Source of the DNA: Candidatus Omnitrophota bacterium
GTDB lineage: Bacteria; Omnitrophota; Gorgyraeia; Gygaellales; Profunditerraquicolaceae
Direction of reading: 5' to 3'
Length of the DNA stretch: 34,214 bases
Assembly: GCA_041648875.1 (NCBI GenBank)
Contig: JBAZOE010000001.1
Coordinates: 1-34,214 of the forward strand
Below the pieces are notes generated by a model. That model did no database searches. It was not told the DNA's origin and saw only the letters and a program-made list of their open reading frames with translations. Shown one piece after another: positions 24,035 to 32,212 of the stretch (positions are counted from its first letter, which is position 1; each line of letters begins with the position of its first letter). Both the position numbers and the translations under genes were made by a program.

Positions 24035-24057
24035 GGTGCTGCGCAGAAGCGCGCACC
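24035..24057 (-). other. GC-rich RNA hairpin without U-tract between the SDR and the secreted-protein genes
   Basis: Minus-strand GGTGCGCGC-TTCT-GCGC(A)GCACC forms a 9-bp G/C-rich stem with one bulged A and a 4-nt loop. It is followed by CGGGAAAG, not a U run. Confidence 0.4.
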
Positions 24058-24068
24058 GTCCATTCCGA

Positions 24069-24842
24069 TCAAGACGGGTGCTGCTGTTTAAACGGTATTA
24101 CCGGAGCAGTCCAGGGAGTTTGTTGATTAATTACCGCTATCTCTAAGGGACAAACATTAGCCGGTACAGTCAAGGCAAAACGTACGGCATTCTCAATGGC
24201 CTCAGTAGTCATCAGTCGCGAGGTATCATTAGTAATCTCCTGTAATTTACCGGTTAAATCCGTGTCTGTAACTCCGGGCAATATAGAAGTTACCTTGATC
24301 CCGTGATCGCGCAGCTCCCAAAATAATCCTTTGGAAAATGCCCTTAAGCCGACTTTAAGCGAGCTATAAACAATAAAGTTCCTGGGCAGCGGGTCGCATA
24401 AAGTTGAACCGGAAACCATATTGATGATCGCCCCGCTCTTATTTTTGATCATATCATTAATTACCAGCCGGATTAGCCGGACATACCCCAGGTAATTGGT
24501 GTGGGCTAACCTTTCAAAATCCTCAATTGGCTGCTCCTGAAAAGGATATTGGCTGGATACTCCGGCATTATTAATCAATATATCAACTTTACCGAACTCA
24601 TCCTTTGCGCTTTTAACCAGGTTTTCCAGATCCTCTAATTTTGTCACATCACAAGCTACCGGCAAAACCTCAACTTTAAATTTACCGGATATTTCTTCCG
24701 CGGTTTCCTTTAAAGGACCGAAGTTGCGGGCGCCAATAACTAAATTTATCCCTAAACCCGCAGCGGTACAGGCAAGGGCCTTACCAATACCGCGGCTGGC
24801 TCCGGTAACAATCGCTGTCTTTCCTTTTAGCTCCAAACTCAT
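24069..24842 (-). CDS. SDR-family oxidoreductase (FabG-like ketoreductase candidate)
   Basis: TGASRGIGKA cofactor motif, NNAG, and catalytic S...YSSLK. I prefer the ATG at 24842 (MSLELKGK), preceded by GGAGGAG with a 4-nt spacer, over the upstream ATG at 24863, whose codons read through that RBS. Confidence 0.85.
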   Translation of the reverse strand: MSLELKGKTAIVTGASRGIGKALACTAAGLGINLVIGARNFGPLKETAEEISGKFKVEVLPVACDVTKLEDLENLVKSAKDEFGKVDILINNAGVSSQYPFQEQPIEDFERLAHTNYLGYVRLIRLVINDMIKNKSGAIINMVSGSTLCDPLPRNFIVYSSLKVGLRAFSKGLFWELRDHGIKVTSILPGVTDTDLTGKLQEITNDTSRLMTTEAIENAVRFALTVPANVCPLEIAVINQQTPWTAPVIPFKQQHPS

Positions 24843-24929
24843 AGTTCTCCTCCTTACCCACAAAGGGGGTACACGACGCAGAGGCGTCGCACTTGTTTCT
24901 CAAATAAAACAATGTGCCGGCCACTACCT

Positions 24930-26060
24930 TTAAGTCCGGGTACTGTTGCCACTTGCCAAACGGCTTACATATAATAAAATTAATAACCCCAAACCAAAAA
25001 CCAAAAAACCCAGGACAAAACTCTTTTGCATAATTAAACCACCAAGACATACACCAATGCCTCCGGAGATAAAACGCACCCCGCTGTTTAAGCTGGCTGC
25101 CTCATTTAAAAATTTCTCCGGCAAATCCGTAAGTATCGTAGACAAACCCACATGATTAAATGCCCAGCCTAAACCCCAAATAACCATTACCAAAACAAGT
25201 AAGCCTAAGGGTAGTTTTACCAAAAGCAAAAAAACACCTAATACCATAAAGGCGATACCTAAATTCACCACTTTTAAACGACCTATTGAATCCGCAAGAC
25301 GCCCTCCCCAAACCTCTCCGAATATACCACTTAAACTAGTCAGAGTGATCAACATGCTAATAGTGAATTGGCCTAAGTTTAACTGGGTTGAGAAAAAAAC
25401 TCCCAGCCACTGCTGCACCGCATGATAAATTAAACTAATAAAAAAGATATAACTGAATATCTTTACAACTTTCTTGTTTCTAAAAGCCTCTAAATAACCC
25501 AAGCGGAAATTCTCCGTTTTTTCTTTAAAACTGGGAAGATGAATATACATAAACACCCAGAGTATAAAACCGCTTGCCGCCGGGATAATAAACATCAACC
25601 TCCAGTTAATTATCCCGCTAAGGAATAGCCCCAATAGAGATGCTACAAATGTAGAGCCAAAAAATAAACCTATATAACGGCCGCGCCTTGTTTCATCCAG
25701 GTGTCTGGCGATTAAAATAAGGCCAAGCGGGATAACCGATGCGCCAAATAACCCCATCATAAACCTAGCAACAAAAAGCGTAGAAATATTCTGTGATATG
25801 CCTGCTTGAAGATTAGACAGGGAAAACAAAAATATGCAGAATAGTTCAACCTTGCGGGCATCAAAGGCGCGCACCAATGGGCCATAGAAAAATGCCGCCA
25901 CCCCATATGGAATCATATAGAACCAGATTATTTTGCCTACTACAAATTGAGAAAGAACAAAGTCAGTTGCGATAGACGGTATTAACGCCGCGGATGCGGC
26001 TACATTAAAAGATAAAACCGCCCCCTCTAAACAAAGAATAACAAATGTGGCTGTATTCAC
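24930..26060 (-). CDS. MFS transporter
   Basis: 376 aa with about 11-12 TM helices. The loop motif (DETRRGRYIG) sits in the MFS-typical position. GTG start in a GTGA overlap with the upstream gene. Confidence 0.8.
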   Translation of the reverse strand: MNTATFVILCLEGAVLSFNVAASAALIPSIATDFVLSQFVVGKIIWFYMIPYGVAAFFYGPLVRAFDARKVELFCIFLFSLSNLQAGISQNISTLFVARFMMGLFGASVIPLGLILIARHLDETRRGRYIGLFFGSTFVASLLGLFLSGIINWRLMFIIPAASGFILWVFMYIHLPSFKEKTENFRLGYLEAFRNKKVVKIFSYIFFISLIYHAVQQWLGVFFSTQLNLGQFTISMLITLTSLSGIFGEVWGGRLADSIGRLKVVNLGIAFMVLGVFLLLVKLPLGLLVLVMVIWGLGWAFNHVGLSTILTDLPEKFLNEAASLNSGVRFISGGIGVCLGGLIMQKSFVLGFLVFGLGLLILLYVSRLASGNSTRT

Positions 26061-26497
26061 CTGGCCGCTTCTTTTTCAATAATCTCTTTAAAGATTTTCA
26101 GGTTATGCTGCGAGCCTTCGTTGATAAAACCTTCAACCTGTTCATCATTAAACTTGGCCTTATCATCCATATGGAAATGCTGAATCCAGGTCAACTCGAC
26201 ACCTTCGGGCTTAGGCGTATAAAGCCAGATAATCTTCATATATTCAAAGGGGAACATTGGTTCCTGGCGCTGGGCATAAGCAAAATAATTATCTTTAAAA
26301 AGTAGCCTCCAGGACTGCCACGACTTATCATCTTCATCCGTCAGGCGGAATATAATTTTATTGGCCTCTTTTTTAACCACTTCTGCTTTTTTATATTCCT
26401 GGCCGAATAATTCTGTCCAGCGCGGGATATTATTGGATATATCGAATACTAAATCATAAGGCGCATTAATAATTATTGAATTGCAAGTATGCCCCAT
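26057..26497 (-). CDS. SRPBCC-superfamily polyketide cyclase/dehydrase-like protein
   Basis: 146 aa. The N-terminus (SIIINAPYDLVFDISNNIPRWTELF) and overall length match the Polyketide_cyc/cyc2 helix-grip fold. Confidence 0.65.
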   Translation of the reverse strand: MGHTCNSIIINAPYDLVFDISNNIPRWTELFGQEYKKAEVVKKEANKIIFRLTDEDDKSWQSWRLLFKDNYFAYAQRQEPMFPFEYMKIIWLYTPKPEGVELTWIQHFHMDDKAKFNDEQVEGFINEGSQHNLKIFKEIIEKEAAR

Positions 26498-26510
26498 CTA
26501 TTCCTCCTTA

Positions 26511-27311
26511 TTAATCTAATATAGCCACTACCCTGGCCCAAGCTGCCCCGGTATTCTTTATCCGGACCGGAAAACAAATAACTTTAAACCCAAAATCAGG
26601 AAGCTTCTCCAAATTAGCTAATCTCTCTATATGGATGAATTCTTTCTTGCGGCCGTAAAAATGCGCCGGGTAAAATGTTTTAGGGTCTTTTGTCTTTAAA
26701 AATTCTCCCAACATAAATCTATAAGGCCGGTCAATACCCATGGTATCTACCCCGAAAATCTTTACTCCGCAAGCCAGCAGATAATCTATGGCCGAGACGT
26801 CAACACCCGGATAATCTGAAAAATATCTGGGGCCGCCATAAAGCTTATCCGCGCCGGTCTGCAATAATACAATATCCAACGGCTTAAGCCGGTAATTTAT
26901 TTTATCAAGCGCTGATTTTATATCGTGCGCATTAATTGTTTCATCGGGTTTCTTATGTACCAGATTCAACTTTACGCCGTTTTGATAACAACATTCCAGG
27001 GGGATCTCATCCGCTGTTTTTGAAGAACGGCCCTCTGACCTTGAACCGTAATGAAAGGAGTAATCCAGATGTGTTCCTATGTGTACCGGGGCATGCACAA
27101 TCTCCAAAGACAAGAATTCTTCGTCAGGCAGCTGCTCCTTTTTTATAATACGCATGCCCAAAGCGTATTTTATTTTGCCCAAGACCGTCTTCCCCATGAT
27201 TACACGGTTAAACTTGGCAACCCCGGCCTTATGAGATATGCGCTCGATATCCACCTTGTGCACTTCAAAGGCCTTTTCGTCAATAGGCAAACTTAAATCA
27301 ATAATTTTCAT
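26511..27311 (-). CDS. cyclase-family protein (PF04199 'putative cyclase' / arylformamidase fold)
   Basis: 266 aa with the signature HxGTHxDxxxH (HAPVHIGTHLDYSFHYG) and GVDTMGID. ATGA overlap with the ACP gene. Confidence 0.75.
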   Translation of the reverse strand: MKIIDLSLPIDEKAFEVHKVDIERISHKAGVAKFNRVIMGKTVLGKIKYALGMRIIKKEQLPDEEFLSLEIVHAPVHIGTHLDYSFHYGSRSEGRSSKTADEIPLECCYQNGVKLNLVHKKPDETINAHDIKSALDKINYRLKPLDIVLLQTGADKLYGGPRYFSDYPGVDVSAIDYLLACGVKIFGVDTMGIDRPYRFMLGEFLKTKDPKTFYPAHFYGRKKEFIHIERLANLEKLPDFGFKVICFPVRIKNTGAAWARVVAILD

Positions 27312-27538
27312 TTCACTAATTTTGACTGGATATTGTTTGCGATATCGCTTATTGTTGAATTCTTGGTTATTTCTTTAACGTTAAGCTTTACGCCGAATGA
27401 TTTCTCCAGGGCAATCACTGATTCCACCATTTCAGTGGAATCAACCCCGATGCTGTTTTGTAAAGAAACATCATCTTTCAACTCTTCGATCTTTACCTTC
27501 AATAAATTCGACAATACCTCTTTAACTTTATCCTTCAT
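27308..27538 (-). CDS. acyl carrier protein
   Basis: 76 aa with the phosphopantetheine attachment motif GVDSTEMVE and a four-helix ACP-like pattern. AGGAGG RBS upstream. Confidence 0.85.
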   Translation of the reverse strand: MKDKVKEVLSNLLKVKIEELKDDVSLQNSIGVDSTEMVESVIALEKSFGVKLNVKEITKNSTISDIANNIQSKLVK

Positions 27539-27546
27539 CTATCCCT

Positions 27547-27578
27547 CCTGCATTCTATATACTATATTATACCTACTG
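27547..27578 (-). repeat. conserved intergenic block, copy A (upstream of ACP gene)
   Basis: Minus strand CAGTAG-GTATAAT-ATAGTATATAGAAT-G-CAGG. It shares CAGTAG, a 14-nt identical core and CAGG with copy B at 29083-29107. Confidence 0.7.
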
Positions 27579-27581
27579 CCT

Positions 27582-29042
27582 TTATATCTGCACTTCACCC
27601 TTTGTCGCGGCCGCTTCCCATTTATTAATACCATTCATGACATCCTGGAAACAAAGCTTTGCAAGCGGGTCAAAATTACTCTCCATAATACGGTTAATTC
27701 TGCCGGGCTTTGAAAAAAACTCACGCATACACCATGAACCCAGCCTACCCAGATCTTCCGTAGAGAGATGATCGGTAGGGATTACCGGATGTAAGAAATC
27801 CCATTGGCTAAAATCCACCTCTTTGGGATCCATCCAGTGTTTTTTTAATGCAATCCTCCACATAGGTGAATTCGGGGCAGGGGTAACATAACCTACCCAC
27901 AGGACATCCGGATCCACCTGATCAGTGAACTCAAAACGCTGTTTGATAATTTCTTCGGTATCATAATCAAAACCCATCATGATATCGGCAACGATAGCGA
28001 TATCATTCTTACGGAACATCTCAATGGTCTTTTTGATCTGATCAATAGTAATGCCCTTGGCAATTCTCTTAAGCTCCGACTGCGTGGTAACCTCAATGCC
28101 GAAAACACCCATAAACAAACCGTTTTCTTTCATAAAGGGGAGGATTGATTCACAATTGACCCAATCAATAGCGCGGCCTAAAGATACCCATTTAATCGGA
28201 TTATTGGATGCCTTTTTAAGTTCGCAGAATTTCTGCACTCTTTTAGGGTCTACATTAAAATTATCATCCTGGATAACTACAACCTTAACCCCATATTTTC
28301 TATGCAGAAGGTTCAATTCTTCCATTACCCTTTCCGGAGACTTTGCCCGCCATTTCAAAAAATCCGATGGTGAGCGTGGGTCAAATTGGTCCCATTCATA
28401 ACAAAAGGTACACGCTGAAGGGCAACCGCGGGATGTAACCATATCTACAAACGGCTTCCAATAAGTATGCCCTACATATTTATCCATCGGGAATAAATCA
28501 TACGCCGGCAAAGGCAGTTTATCCAGATCTTCCATAAGAGGCTTATGCGGCCCCATAACAATTGCGCCATCAATGCGGGAAGTGACCCCGCCTACATCCT
28601 TAAGCGGTTTGTTCTTATCTATTGCCTCAACTAAATCCCCGAAAGACTCCTCTTCACCCATAACTACAAAATCAACTGCGGGATTCTCCTCCAGTGTAGG
28701 CACAGGCATCGCCGAATACCATAATCCACCGAGGATTATTTTTGTCTTAGGCAAAGCTTTCTTAATCCCGATAGCCGCCTCTTTAAAATGACGTAAAACT
28801 CCATAGCCGCCGTAACCATGCAGTTGCTCACCCATGACCACGATATCAGGATTTTTAAGCTTAACTTGTTCGATCAACTGCTCCATAGGTATTTGATCGG
28901 CCTTGCCGTCGATAACAGCTACATCTTCATAGCCTCTTTCGCGTACATACGCTGCCCAATGCGCGTAAAGCTGGTTTGGAGATCTATGTATTCCATGAGT
29001 TGCCCAGGCTCCGACTTTCGGCATAACAAACAATATCCTCAT
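27582..29042 (-). CDS. B12-binding-domain radical SAM enzyme (class B)
   Basis: N-terminal Rossmann-like cobalamin-binding domain (RILFVMP...DIVVMGE...KIILGG). Radical SAM motif SRGCPSACTFCYE. I prefer ATG at 29042 (MRILFV), preceded by AAGGAGAGG, over the GTG at 29063 in the ORF track. Confidence 0.85.
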   Translation of the reverse strand: MRILFVMPKVGAWATHGIHRSPNQLYAHWAAYVRERGYEDVAVIDGKADQIPMEQLIEQVKLKNPDIVVMGEQLHGYGGYGVLRHFKEAAIGIKKALPKTKIILGGLWYSAMPVPTLEENPAVDFVVMGEEESFGDLVEAIDKNKPLKDVGGVTSRIDGAIVMGPHKPLMEDLDKLPLPAYDLFPMDKYVGHTYWKPFVDMVTSRGCPSACTFCYEWDQFDPRSPSDFLKWRAKSPERVMEELNLLHRKYGVKVVVIQDDNFNVDPKRVQKFCELKKASNNPIKWVSLGRAIDWVNCESILPFMKENGLFMGVFGIEVTTQSELKRIAKGITIDQIKKTIEMFRKNDIAIVADIMMGFDYDTEEIIKQRFEFTDQVDPDVLWVGYVTPAPNSPMWRIALKKHWMDPKEVDFSQWDFLHPVIPTDHLSTEDLGRLGSWCMREFFSKPGRINRIMESNFDPLAKLCFQDVMNGINKWEAAATKGEVQI

Positions 29043-29082
29043 TTCCTCTCCTTTTTTAACCACTTAACTAGATTTTATTTTC

Positions 29083-29107
29083 CCTGTATTCTATATACTA
29101 TCTACTG
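29083..29107 (-). repeat. conserved intergenic block, copy B (upstream of radical SAM gene)
   Basis: Minus strand CAGTAG-ATAGTATATAGAAT-A-CAGG; same block as copy A minus the 7-nt GTATAAT insert. Confidence 0.7.
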
Positions 29108-29111
29108 TTTT

Positions 29112-30341
29112 TTATGGTTTTTCAACTACCAAAGCTGAATTAATACCACCACGTCCGCGTGAGATAATCAAAGCTTTATTTACTTTACATTCCCTGGCCT
29201 GCTTAGCCACATAATTTATATCATTTAAAACCGGAGTATCCAGATTTAATGTAGGTGGAATCAGGCTATGCTCCATAGACAAAAGCGCGATAATCATATC
29301 CAGCGCGCCGCTTGCCCCCAACAGGTTACCGAACATGGATTTCGGGCAGCTTGCCGGAATATTTTTCAGGGCATCTCCAAAAACCAGCTTTAAGGCCTTA
29401 ATTTCAGAGTCGTCCCAAAGATCAACCGCAAGCCCATCCAGGCTGATGTAACCGATTTCTTCAGGCTTGGCTTTAGCGTCATTAAAAGCCATATTTATAG
29501 CCCGGGCCAATTCCTTGCCGTCGGCAGCAGGATTAATCCTATCCACTCCGTCGCAACTTGTGCCGTATCCGCTGACATAGCCTAAAATGTTTGCCCCCCT
29601 ATCCTTAGCCCTCTGAATGTTCTCCAACACCACAATACCTGAACCCTCGCCAATAACAAAACCACTGCGGCCTTTGTCAAATGGCCTATATGCAGCCTGA
29701 GGGTCTTCATTGCGCGTAGAAAGCGCCCCGTATGTATTGCAGCATAATAATGCATAAGGAGTAACCGGCGCCTCCATCCCTCCGGCTAAGATCATATTCA
29801 ATTTGTTTTTATATAAAACTTTCCTGGCATACCCTAATGCCATAAGCGAACTTGCCCGGTCGCTGACCACGGTTTTACTAAAACCTTTTATACCGTAATA
29901 GATAGATACCTGGCCCTGAGGGGCAGCGGGAAACCAGGCAGAAGCCATATAAGGGGAAACACCCTCCCTGCCTTCTAAATACAAGTCCCTTAACTCTGTT
30001 TCGGCATAAAGCCAGCCGCCAATGGCATTACCCAAGAAAATACCGACGAGGTTCGGATCTTCATTTTTTATATCTATGCCCGCATCCTGCAAGGCAAGCT
30101 CTGAAGCAACCAGCGCCATATGCGAAAAGGCGTCAATTTTCTTGAGCAGTCTTTCGGATATGTGGCTGTATTTTTCCAGGTCGTCAATCTGCCCTGCTAT
30201 ATGCGCAGGGTATTTTGAAGCATCAAAGCGCGTGATCTTTTTAATAAATGAACGACCGCTTTTAATATTTGCCCAAAACTGCCGTTTACCGATGCCTGAC
30301 GGGCTGACTACCCCTATCCCTGTAACTGCTATCTTTTCCAT
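29112..30341 (-). CDS. ketosynthase-beta / chain-length-factor-like protein lacking the Cys-His-His triad
   Basis: 409 aa, collinear with the upstream KS. At the KS positions C (TGCTAG), H (NAHGSS) and H (IGHPL) it reads R (SDRASS), D (SLDGLA) and N (FGNLL). TAATG coupling with the KS-alpha gene. Confidence 0.8.
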   Translation of the reverse strand: MEKIAVTGIGVVSPSGIGKRQFWANIKSGRSFIKKITRFDASKYPAHIAGQIDDLEKYSHISERLLKKIDAFSHMALVASELALQDAGIDIKNEDPNLVGIFLGNAIGGWLYAETELRDLYLEGREGVSPYMASAWFPAAPQGQVSIYYGIKGFSKTVVSDRASSLMALGYARKVLYKNKLNMILAGGMEAPVTPYALLCCNTYGALSTRNEDPQAAYRPFDKGRSGFVIGEGSGIVVLENIQRAKDRGANILGYVSGYGTSCDGVDRINPAADGKELARAINMAFNDAKAKPEEIGYISLDGLAVDLWDDSEIKALKLVFGDALKNIPASCPKSMFGNLLGASGALDMIIALLSMEHSLIPPTLNLDTPVLNDINYVAKQARECKVNKALIISRGRGGINSALVVEKP

Positions 30342-31603
30342 TATCCACCGAACCTTTTTAAAATTAGCGAGGAGTGTATCCCGGAGAAACCGCTGCTGGT
30401 TTTAATAATCATATTCACTTTTTTCTCGATTGCCTGATTGGGAATATAATACAAGTCGCACTGCGGATCTTTTTCCTCCTGGTTTATTGTAGGAGGAAGG
30501 ATATTTTTTTCAAAGATCATGCTGGCGATGGTCATCTCAATAGCGTTTGCCGCAGCCAAAGGATGGCCGATCATGGATTTAAATGAACTGATGGGCAGCT
30601 TATAAGCGTACTCCCCAAAAATCGCCTTATAAGCATTGCTCTCAAAAATATCATTCATACGCGTGCTTGAACCATGGGCATTGATATAATCAATATCCGC
30701 CGGTTTGACATTAGCATCTTTTAATGCCAGGCCGATACAGGTTTCCATGGCTTGTCCGTCGGAGGGAAGATCAGTCATATGAAAGGCATTGCAGCTGGTG
30801 CCAAAGCCTAAGACCTCGCAATAAATCGGCGCGTTACGTTTTAAGGCATGATTTAATTCTTCCAAAACCAAGATGCCCGCCCCCTCCCCCAATACAAACC
30901 CATCCCGCTTATTGTCAAATGGCCGGGATGCTTTTTGCGGCTCATCATTATGCACAGATAAAACATTCACCACATCAAAAGCGCCAAAGGTAATCGGAGT
31001 AAGCGGCGCCTCCGCCGCACCGCAAATCATTACATCCTGTTCGCCGTCCTGGATAGTCTCCAGGCCAAACCCCAGGGAATCCGTGCCGGCAGTGCATCCC
31101 GTAGAAATAGTATTGCAAATTCCTTTTAAACCGAAACGCGCGCTGATTTCTATTGAAGGAGTATTAAACATCGCCGCGTCATAAAGATCAGGCCGCACCA
31201 GTGACGGGTCAATTGGTTTCTTGCCGTCTTCAGTAACTAAGGCAAACTCTTCCTCCATATATTTAGTACCACAGATAGCGTTTGCCAGGCAAACCCCCAA
31301 GCGCTCAGGGTCTTCTTTTGATAAATTCAACTTGCTGTCTTCAATTGCCATTTTGCCGGCGGCTACCCCAAACTGAACATAACGGTCCATGCGCATAGCT
31401 TCTTTATGGTTCAAGCCCAGTTTAAAAGGGTCAAAATCACTGACCTGAGAGGCAATCTTGGTGTTAAAAACCGACACATCAAAACCTTCAACTAAGCGTA
31501 CTCCGGATTTTCCGCCTGAAAACCCCTCCCAAGCGTTTTTTTTACCTATGCCGTTAGGAGAGATTACCCCTATGCCGGTAATAACCACTCTGCGTTTAGA
31601 CAT
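30341..31603 (-). CDS. beta-ketoacyl-ACP synthase, KS-alpha type (FabF/type II PKS-like), catalytically intact
   Basis: 420 aa. N-terminus RRVVITGIGVISPNG, active-site Cys in STGCTAGTDS, His in INAHGSSTRMND, and His in SMIGHPLAAA. Confidence 0.85.
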   Translation of the reverse strand: MSKRRVVITGIGVISPNGIGKKNAWEGFSGGKSGVRLVEGFDVSVFNTKIASQVSDFDPFKLGLNHKEAMRMDRYVQFGVAAGKMAIEDSKLNLSKEDPERLGVCLANAICGTKYMEEEFALVTEDGKKPIDPSLVRPDLYDAAMFNTPSIEISARFGLKGICNTISTGCTAGTDSLGFGLETIQDGEQDVMICGAAEAPLTPITFGAFDVVNVLSVHNDEPQKASRPFDNKRDGFVLGEGAGILVLEELNHALKRNAPIYCEVLGFGTSCNAFHMTDLPSDGQAMETCIGLALKDANVKPADIDYINAHGSSTRMNDIFESNAYKAIFGEYAYKLPISSFKSMIGHPLAAANAIEMTIASMIFEKNILPPTINQEEKDPQCDLYYIPNQAIEKKVNMIIKTSSGFSGIHSSLILKRFGG

Positions 31604-31606
31604 GAA

Positions 31607-32212
31607 TTATTTATTCTCCTCTATTCTTCTAACCTTGAAAATAATATTCCCGCCGTCAGGACAGGTAACCGTATCAATAGAATCAGGATTGTCCATGAAG
31701 AAAAATTTCGCCCCGAAGTTCAGGGCAAATAATGCCGGGAATGCCGTATGGAATGCCGCCCCGCAAAAACCAGGGATGCATTTTAAACCTTGAGTCTCCC
31801 ATTTATCGCCAACCTTATACCCGAAGCTGCATTTACCGGATGCCCCGACTACCTCAATAATCATCTTTTTAGGATTCGGGCCTTTATGTTCCGGGTCGCG
31901 GGGGACAACATCCAGCTTTCCTGTCTTATCCAAGATCTCAGCTTTAAACTCCAGTTTACCTCCGTCAGGGCAAGTAACTAAAAGCGAACGCTGGTTGTCG
32001 CGGAACCCGAATTGCGCCCCAAAACTCAAGGCATATATGACCGGGAAAAGCGCGTGCGCCAATCCTAAGCAAAAATACTGAGGCGCGTGGGTAAAATCCT
32101 CGAGATAAATTTCATCTCCAATCTTATACCCATGGTAACATTCACCAAAAACCTGCGTAACCGTAAGTTTTAGTTTTGGAAATGGAGTATTTACCTTGCT
32201 ATTTTGGCTCAT
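31607..32212 (-). CDS. tandem-duplicated TIGR04076-like protein (two ~90-aa Cys/His-containing modules)
   Basis: 201 aa. The halves align: G.C..GYK.GD...FC...H..FP...AL.FGA.F.F.DN..S...VTCPDGG...FK. The module resembles my memory of the uncharacterised TIGR04076 family. ATGA overlap with the upstream gene. Confidence 0.55.
   Translation of the reverse strand: MSQNSKVNTPFPKLKLTVTQVFGECYHGYKIGDEIYLEDFTHAPQYFCLGLAHALFPVIYALSFGAQFGFRDNQRSLLVTCPDGGKLEFKAEILDKTGKLDVVPRDPEHKGPNPKKMIIEVVGASGKCSFGYKVGDKWETQGLKCIPGFCGAAFHTAFPALFALNFGAKFFFMDNPDSIDTVTCPDGGNIIFKVRRIEENK

Noticed and set aside
24781-25050. 89-aa minus-strand ORF bridging the MFS and SDR genes
   Set aside because: It overlaps both better-supported genes out of frame. 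The region is better explained by the MFS 3' end, an 87-nt spacer and the RBS-supported SDR start at 24842.
29112-31603. Housekeeping FabF/FabB duplication or a classical aromatic (actinorhodin-type) type II PKS
   Set aside because: The second KS lacks the whole catalytic triad and also lacks the CLF Gln. No fabD/fabG/fabZ/acpP housekeeping context is present. It is kept as PKS/FAS-like of unknown class rather than assigned to either known type.
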